Origin: Candidatus Kapaibacterium sp.
GTDB lineage: Bacteria; Bacteroidota; Ignavibacteria; Kapaibacteriales; UBA2268
Assembly: GCA_963665665.1 (NCBI GenBank)
Contig: OY762428.1
Span: 5,184,001 to 5,248,000, forward strand
Length of the DNA: 64,000 nt
Direction: 5' to 3'
Of this stretch, positions 58,059 to 64,000 are shown piece by piece. How positions within the stretch are numbered: position 1 is the first letter of the stretch; each line of letters begins with the position of its first letter. A program made the position numbers and the translations under genes. Under the pieces are notes generated by a model. The model ran no database searches. It saw nothing but the letters and a program-made list of their open reading frames with translations, and had not been told where the DNA came from.

Positions 58059-61000
58059 CTAATCCCTGTATTTTTCAATATTATCAGATAATTCAGACGG
58101 GAGTTTAAGCCCGTATTCTTCCATCAGCTTCATGTTAACCGCTCTCTTTTCGGGAACATAATCCTGTATGGGTATTCCTGCCGGTTTTTCTCCATTCATT
58201 ACCATAATGGCAACTTTTGCTGTTTGCTCGCCAACTGTTACATAATCGGCGCCTATCCCCATTAGTGCACCCCGGCCTCCTGTAACATCAGTAGGATCGT
58301 TAGTAAAGTATGGAATTTTATCTTTGTGAAGCAAATCTGCAATGGTCGGTATAGCAAGAAATACGGTATTGTCGCCCGAAGTAAGGAAAGCGTCAATATC
58401 TTTACCAATCAGTGTTTTGGTTGCATCAAGAACCTCGCTTGTTGATGATACAGTAGATTCGATTAGTTCAAAGCCGTATTTCTTTGCTGCGTCCCTTGCT
58501 TTGTATGTGCAGGCTTCCGAACATGCTTCGGAAGGATTCCAGACAATACCGATTTTCTTTGCATTGGGGAGCAGCGCCCTGATAGCTTTGATAGTGGATT
58601 CAACCGGTTGGAATGTAGCCACGCCAGTTATGTTTTCCCGATGCTTCTTTGAACTTTCAGCAATTCCCATCCGGTAGGGATCGGTTACTGCGCCGAAAAT
58701 GTGAGGGATGCGGGTATTGGCATTTGCCATAACCTGCAAAGCCGGAGTAGATACCGTTATTATATAATCAAATTCCTGTCTGACAATATCATCAGCAACA
58801 GACTGGGCCATTGTAAATTCATTCTGGGCGTTGAAATCGGTTATTTCAATATTGTTATCGTTCAAATAACCTGTTTTCTTAAATTCGTTCAATATTCCTT
58901 TTCTGGTTTGGGTCAGCACCGTATTGTCGCTGAAAAGGAATAGAGCAAGGTCTTTCTTTTCTTCAGTTTTCTTTTTTTCAATTACTTTATCTGCCCTGGA
59001 AAGAATACCCTTGTTGATTTCAATTCCCATTTTATCCGAAAGCTCTTTATTGATATATAGCAGGGTTCTTTCAGTCTGGTGAATCGGAATATCTGCTGTT
59101 TTCTCTCCGTTTAGTACCCGTGACAAATACAATCCGCCTTCGAAACCGGTTTGAGTGTAATCCGGCCCGAGGCAAACCATAGCTCCGTTCTCGATCAATT
59201 CTGAATCAACTGAAAATACAGGGATTTTATTATCACCTGCTACCTTGGCAAAACTGTCGAATGAAACATTCAGCGTATTATCGCCGGCATTAAGGAAAAT
59301 TTCAGCTCCTTTATTTGCGAGTGACCGCGAAGCTTCAAGAACTTCAGATGGAGTAGTAACTGTTTGCTCAATAATATCGAGCCCGATTTTCCTGCCGTAA
59401 GGCCGTAGTTTATTCATTACTGCTTCGGAATTTGCTTCGGAACTGTTCCATACTATCCCGATTTTTTTCCTGGCGGGGAACATTTCCTTTATTAGCCCAA
59501 GAACTTCCTGAACAGGGGGGAAGCATGCCACGCCGGTCATGTTTGGTTCGTGTTTTTCGGGTGTTTCTGCCGCGCCGATTTTATATGGATCGAAAATATA
59601 TGTAAATACCACTTCCGGTTTCTTTTTTCCCCTTGTCAGGTTTACAGCTGACTGAACACATGGTGTTGAAAGAGGAACTATAATATCGACGTCACGCCTG
59701 ATGAAATCCTGGATAATGGAATTTATCATTGCGAAATCAGCGTTGGCATTTTTATAAATTATATCAATATTTTTCTGATCTTCGTAGCCGTTTACCTTCA
59801 GCGCCGCAAGGATACCTTTCTTACACATTTCAACATTGGGTTCCATAGCAAACTGAACTATCCCGATTTTCTTTTTCTCTTTGGTTTCAACGGCATCAAT
59901 TCCGACAAAAGTAGTTGCTCTTGCCAGTACGCTAACGGGAACTTCGATACCACTTTCTTTTGCAGTTTTCAGATTTATCCCGAGTTCGGTTTTCTTGTAT
60001 TGTTCGAAGGGAATATCAGCAGGGCTTTCCCCGTGGAGTATTCTGTCAACAAGGTGAGCCGCCTGGTGGCCGCTTGATGTATAATCATATCCATAAGCAG
60101 CAAAAGCACCGTCTTTAAGTCTTGAAACATCGCTTAGGATGATAGGAGTTTTAGATTTCATTGCTGCTTTTACAACAGCTTCAAATGCAGAATAAACCGT
60201 GTTATCCGGTGGTAGAAGTATCAGGTCAACATCTTCTTTTATCAGTGCTAGGGCTGCATCATGAACTTCGGTTGTTGATGTTACGGTCATGCCTTCCATT
60301 TCAACATTCGGATTATTTGCAACTGCTTTTTTCAGCCTTTCTACATTGAAAACAGAGTTTGCATGAGCAGGATCCCACAGGGAACCGATTTTAAGCTTCC
60401 CTTTAAATATTTCCGCTGCAAGCTCAAGTGTTTCGTCCATTTTTACCCAGCCGTAAATACCCGTAATACCGGGTAAATGTTTTGTATCGCTTTCCCCTGC
60501 GTCGATAATGAAGGGGTTGGCAACGGTGGCGAATACGATTGGTATATCTTTAACTTTATTAAGTGCTGCCTGAGTTGCCGGCGTTGAGATTGTCACGATC
60601 AGGTCATAATCATCCATAATATATTTATCAACAATATTATTCAGGGTGTGCAGGTCTCCATTAGCATTATCCAGCCTGATTGAACAATTTTCCCCGTCAA
60701 AATATCCAAGTTCCTGCATTTTTTCTGAAAATGCGTCCCTTGTAACATTCAATAATCCGTTATCACTAACCTGCAAAACTCCGATTTTATAGTATTTATC
60801 TAATGTGGCAGGACCCGAACCTATATCCCTTATAAGCCATATCCCGACAGCAATAACTATAACAGCTCCAATTGTTGACCATACAAGTTTGGGCTTCTTT
60901 GCAATAGCTCCTATTCTTTTGCCTATACTTGCCGATCCGTTTGATTTGCCGGAAGCCATTTTGGAGACAAACAATGTAAGGAGTACAAAAACTGCCGTGA

Positions 61001-61805
61001 GCAATTTCAGGTCAATCGGATCCATACCAACGTAAAGTGCAAATGCTATCATAAACCTGAAAACAATTGAACCGATGATAGCACTTAGCACCATAACAAC
61101 AACTGAATCCTTTCGCAGAATCGCCTCACCGATAATAACAGATGCAAGGCCGATTACAACTGTACCGATACCCATTCCTATGTCGGCAAATCCCTGATAC
61201 TGTGCAACCATTCCTCCGGAAAGAGCAACAAGGCCGTTTGAAAAGGCGATGCCGAATATTTCCATACGGTTTACATTTATACCTGATGCGGATGACATTA
61301 TTTTATTATCCCCGGTTATCCTGAAGGTTATACCAAGGTCTGTTTTAAAAAATGCCGACAGCAGCATCCATACTAATGTCATTATCACAACAAGACAAAT
61401 TACCAGCCAGATTTCAGTATCCATTCCGGGATTCAGGTTGTTGAAAAAATCAACAAACCCCGGCATTTTCAACAGGGGAATATTTGAACGCCCCATAATA
61501 TGGAGGTTTATTGAATACAGCCCGATCATTACCAGAATACCGGCAAGCAGCCCGTTGATTTTCAGCCCGGTATATATCATACCGGTAACAGCTCCGGCAA
61601 GTGAACCTGCCAGAAATGCTATTAGCAATGCCAGGAAAGGATTCCAACCTGATATGATTAGCACGGCTGCAGTAGCAGCTCCCGTTGTAAAACTTCCATC
61701 CACAGTAATATCAGGAAAGTCCTGAATCCTGAAAGTTATCAGGACTCCGATTGCCATGAGAGCATATAAAAGCCCGAGATTTAAAGCTCCGATCCACAAT
61801 TCCAT
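58059..61805 (-). CDS. ABC transporter permease fused to three tandem ABC_sub_bind-type substrate-binding domains
   Basis: N-terminal permease (PDITVDGSF, QYQGFADIGMGIG), one extra TM helix, then three ~300-aa repeats (STPATQA / STPCVQS / STPALQV). Confidence 0.9.
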   Translation of the reverse strand: MELWIGALNLGLLYALMAIGVLITFRIQDFPDITVDGSFTTGAATAAVLIISGWNPFLALLIAFLAGSLAGAVTGMIYTGLKINGLLAGILVMIGLYSINLHIMGRSNIPLLKMPGFVDFFNNLNPGMDTEIWLVICLVVIMTLVWMLLSAFFKTDLGITFRITGDNKIMSSASGINVNRMEIFGIAFSNGLVALSGGMVAQYQGFADIGMGIGTVVIGLASVIIGEAILRKDSVVVMVLSAIIGSIVFRFMIAFALYVGMDPIDLKLLTAVFVLLTLFVSKMASGKSNGSASIGKRIGAIAKKPKLVWSTIGAVIVIAVGIWLIRDIGSGPATLDKYYKIGVLQVSDNGLLNVTRDAFSEKMQELGYFDGENCSIRLDNANGDLHTLNNIVDKYIMDDYDLIVTISTPATQAALNKVKDIPIVFATVANPFIIDAGESDTKHLPGITGIYGWVKMDETLELAAEIFKGKLKIGSLWDPAHANSVFNVERLKKAVANNPNVEMEGMTVTSTTEVHDAALALIKEDVDLILLPPDNTVYSAFEAVVKAAMKSKTPIILSDVSRLKDGAFAAYGYDYTSSGHQAAHLVDRILHGESPADIPFEQYKKTELGINLKTAKESGIEVPVSVLARATTFVGIDAVETKEKKKIGIVQFAMEPNVEMCKKGILAALKVNGYEDQKNIDIIYKNANADFAMINSIIQDFIRRDVDIIVPLSTPCVQSAVNLTRGKKKPEVVFTYIFDPYKIGAAETPEKHEPNMTGVACFPPVQEVLGLIKEMFPARKKIGIVWNSSEANSEAVMNKLRPYGRKIGLDIIEQTVTTPSEVLEASRSLANKGAEIFLNAGDNTLNVSFDSFAKVAGDNKIPVFSVDSELIENGAMVCLGPDYTQTGFEGGLYLSRVLNGEKTADIPIHQTERTLLYINKELSDKMGIEINKGILSRADKVIEKKKTEEKKDLALFLFSDNTVLTQTRKGILNEFKKTGYLNDNNIEITDFNAQNEFTMAQSVADDIVRQEFDYIITVSTPALQVMANANTRIPHIFGAVTDPYRMGIAESSKKHRENITGVATFQPVESTIKAIRALLPNAKKIGIVWNPSEACSEACTYKARDAAKKYGFELIESTVSSTSEVLDATKTLIGKDIDAFLTSGDNTVFLAIPTIADLLHKDKIPYFTNDPTDVTGGRGALMGIGADYVTVGEQTAKVAIMVMNGEKPAGIPIQDYVPEKRAVNMKLMEEYGLKLPSELSDNIEKYRD

Positions 61806-61843
61806 TTTATTAACCTAATTTATGTATCAATTATCAGTATATA

Positions 61844-63049
61844 CTAATCCAATTCCAGGGGAACAACTGCTATTAGTCCGTTGCTGAATTTACTTTTGCC
61901 GAGTAAATGCTGTACTTTTTTAGCTTCAAGAGTTGTTATAATCCTGGTAAGCTCATTGTCGAAATTATCAATATCAGGATTCAAGAGATCCTGCTCGAAT
62001 AAAGCAGCATGTATATGATGATTCGTGCTGCTTGTAAAAAACTCATCGAATTTACGTCCGTTATCTTTAGCTCTGATTAATCCGGATGCAACTATTACAG
62101 AATTAAAATCGGTAGGTTCAACCGGGAAATTCATCCATTCCGTGAAGTTTCTGTCCGAGAAAATTTCTTCCCCGTTTTCTGGTTTATTGTCAATAACGGG
62201 AGACTTCTTCAGATGCATCCCAAAAATACCCTTACTTTCCAATATCATAACAACACCGGCAGCATCAATATTCAACATTGATGAAATATCTTCAACAAGG
62301 GTATTCAGGTCAATAAATGATTCTCTTGCTTCGAAAGCTAATATTCCTGAAAAATCACCACTGAATGAAAAACCATGCAGGAAATTATAATTAAAATCCA
62401 TTTCAGGATCCAGGCTAAGCATAAAGTCCACATTCGGATTATTCATTGCCGGATAGAAAAATAAGCTATTTTTTATCACAACAGATTCCCCGAAATAAGG
62501 CTTGCACTCATCAAAATTCTGGCCGATTGCAGCCAATCCTGTTCCATAATCAATGCTTCTTGCCGATATAACCTGCATATCGCTGTCAGAATAATCCGAT
62601 TTTGCAAGTTTGCTACTGCTTCCTATTGTCCGTAGTTTCCCTTTTGTTTCATTGATACTTTTAATCTTATATGAAGTTCCGTTAATATTTTCTTCCTGTA
62701 TCCTGGCAGATATTTGTTCTGCATTCCCGTCATCAATTTCAGATTCTTCAATGATATTGAAGAATTTCAGGAAACCGCCCATTTTAAACACATCCATAAC
62801 GTGCGCGGGCAGGGCTGTAAGCATCAGGTTGCCGCCAGCTTGTTTCAGCGAGCCGTGGACTTTCAGGAAAACCCTCAATCCGGCACTGCTGATATAAGTT
62901 ACTTCCGAAAAATCTATCAGGATTTCCCTGTTGCCTTTTCTTGTAATTGAATCCAGTTCTTTTTGAAGTTCACCGGATGTAACACTGTCGATTCTGCCAT
63001 CAGGAACAACTTTAATAAATTTTTGATTTACTGTGGTTTTAATATTCAT
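61844..63049 (-). CDS. STAS (anti-anti-sigma) domain fused to an uncharacterised ~280-aa C-terminal domain
   Basis: GRIDSVTS...IDFSEVTYISSAGLRVFL...VFKMGGF. Start set at ATG 63049. Confidence 0.85.
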   Translation of the reverse strand: MNIKTTVNQKFIKVVPDGRIDSVTSGELQKELDSITRKGNREILIDFSEVTYISSAGLRVFLKVHGSLKQAGGNLMLTALPAHVMDVFKMGGFLKFFNIIEESEIDDGNAEQISARIQEENINGTSYKIKSINETKGKLRTIGSSSKLAKSDYSDSDMQVISARSIDYGTGLAAIGQNFDECKPYFGESVVIKNSLFFYPAMNNPNVDFMLSLDPEMDFNYNFLHGFSFSGDFSGILAFEARESFIDLNTLVEDISSMLNIDAAGVVMILESKGIFGMHLKKSPVIDNKPENGEEIFSDRNFTEWMNFPVEPTDFNSVIVASGLIRAKDNGRKFDEFFTSSTNHHIHAALFEQDLLNPDIDNFDNELTRIITTLEAKKVQHLLGKSKFSNGLIAVVPLELD

Positions 63050-63242
63050 TAAGAATTCCCCTTTGGAATATGAATTGGTCAATTTTTCTGATCCAAAATA
63101 TTTCGTTCACTTTCAGTATTTAATTTAACAGGAATAATAATAAATTGCAACTGATATTAACACTGTCTAAATTTTGTTTTTCTTTTTACTGGTTTTTGAT
63201 AAATTTGTACTATAGTTGAAAATAAAAAATACGGCTTCTAAA

Positions 63243-63659
63243 ATGGCGAAAACAATTGAATTATTCCTGAATAACGATATCGATGAAATACAAAGGCTTC
63301 ATGGCTTCATTGAAGAAAAATTTGCAGAAAATAATATCGACCCAAATATAATTTTTAGTTTCGATCTATCGTTGGATGAACTTGTAACAAATATTATTTC
63401 GTATGGCCTTGACGACAAAGAAGGCCATGAAATCAAACTTTACTTCGAATTAAATGAAAATTCTATCAAATGTACCGTCAGCGATACTGGAATTGAGTTT
63501 GATCCTTTCAATGCTCCTGAACCGGATACAAATATTCCTCTTGAAGACAGGCAAATAGGTGGGCTGGGCATACATTTTATCAGGAAAATGATGGATAACT
63601 TCGAATATAAAAGGGATAATGGACGAAATATCGTGATTTTGGAAAAGAAAATTAATTAA
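63243..63659 (+). CDS. RsbW/SpoIIAB-type anti-sigma factor / Ser kinase (HATPase_c)
   Basis: DELVTNIISYG, SDTGIEFDP and IGGLGIHFIRKMMD. Start set at ATG 63243. Confidence 0.92.
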   Translation: MAKTIELFLNNDIDEIQRLHGFIEEKFAENNIDPNIIFSFDLSLDELVTNIISYGLDDKEGHEIKLYFELNENSIKCTVSDTGIEFDPFNAPEPDTNIPLEDRQIGGLGIHFIRKMMDNFEYKRDNGRNIVILEKKIN

Positions 63660-63688
63660 TATTTAAATAAATAATTTTAAAGGATATT

Positions 63689-64000
63689 ATGAGTTTCGAA
63701 AAACAAATTGGATCGGATTACTCGCTGATAAAAGTATCGGGAAGGCTGGATGTAACAAATTCAGAATCACTGGAAAATGAATTTAACGAACTAATCAACC
63801 TTGATTCACCAAAAGTGATTGCTGACTGTTCGGGCCTGGACTATATTTCATCTTCCGGATTGAGGGTTTTCCTGCTTGTTCTGAAAAAAATATCAGCCAA
63901 GAAAGGTTCTTTTATACTTTCCGGATTGCAGGCAAACATCAAACAGGTTTTCGATATTTCCGGCTTTACATCTCTTTTCAAGCTGGCAGAAAACAATGAA
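63689..64000 (+). CDS. RsbV/SpoIIAA-type STAS anti-anti-sigma factor (runs off the window edge)
   Basis: Translated by hand: MSFEKQIGSDYSLIKVSGRLDVTNS...DCSGLDYISSSGLRVFL...QVFDISGFTSLF. Confidence 0.9.
   Translation, partial: MSFEKQIGSDYSLIKVSGRLDVTNSESLENEFNELINLDSPKVIADCSGLDYISSSGLRVFLLVLKKISAKKGSFILSGLQANIKQVFDISGFTSLFKLAENNE

Overview
AT-rich bacterial chromosome segment, most consistent with a deep-branching Bacteroidota/Chlorobiota-group organism such as Ignavibacteria or Kapabacteria. This assignment is inferred from a T9SS-type C-terminal domain, recurrent TAnnTTTG promoter boxes and the gene set. Contents from left to right: (1) a rex-hydCBA electron-bifurcating [FeFe]-hydrogenase operon and a truncated sensory-type hydrogenase; (2) MarR/ferredoxin, an MNT-HEPN toxin-antitoxin pair with a mutated catalytic His, and DUF4931; (3) an 11-gene minus-strand operon joining inositol-lipid synthesis genes (NTP transferase, DUF2141, ITPK1-like ATP-grasp protein, CDP-alcohol transferase, flippase-like protein, HAD, MIPS) to a TolC-MlaC-MMPL-Omp85 module, with a perfect 28-bp palindrome upstream; (4) a TetR-flanked RND pump; (5) murD-ftsW-ydbST, accD, TPR-motAB-degenerate HD-GYP regulator, pgeF, comEC, glmS and a 14-repeat RCC1 T9SS cargo; (6) nusA-infB-rbfA-truB-ribF-rpsO-pnp; (7) glutaryl-CoA dehydrogenase, a promoter-driven ~290-nt structured ncRNA candidate, an ABC permease fused to three substrate-binding domains, and a STAS/RsbW partner-switching module. 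The best novelty candidates are the inositol synthesis/export operon with its ITPK1-like enzyme, the intergenic ncRNA, and the triple-SBD ABC/STAS module. No CRISPR array, rRNA, tRNA or transposase was seen. All calls come from motif reading by eye; no database searches were run.
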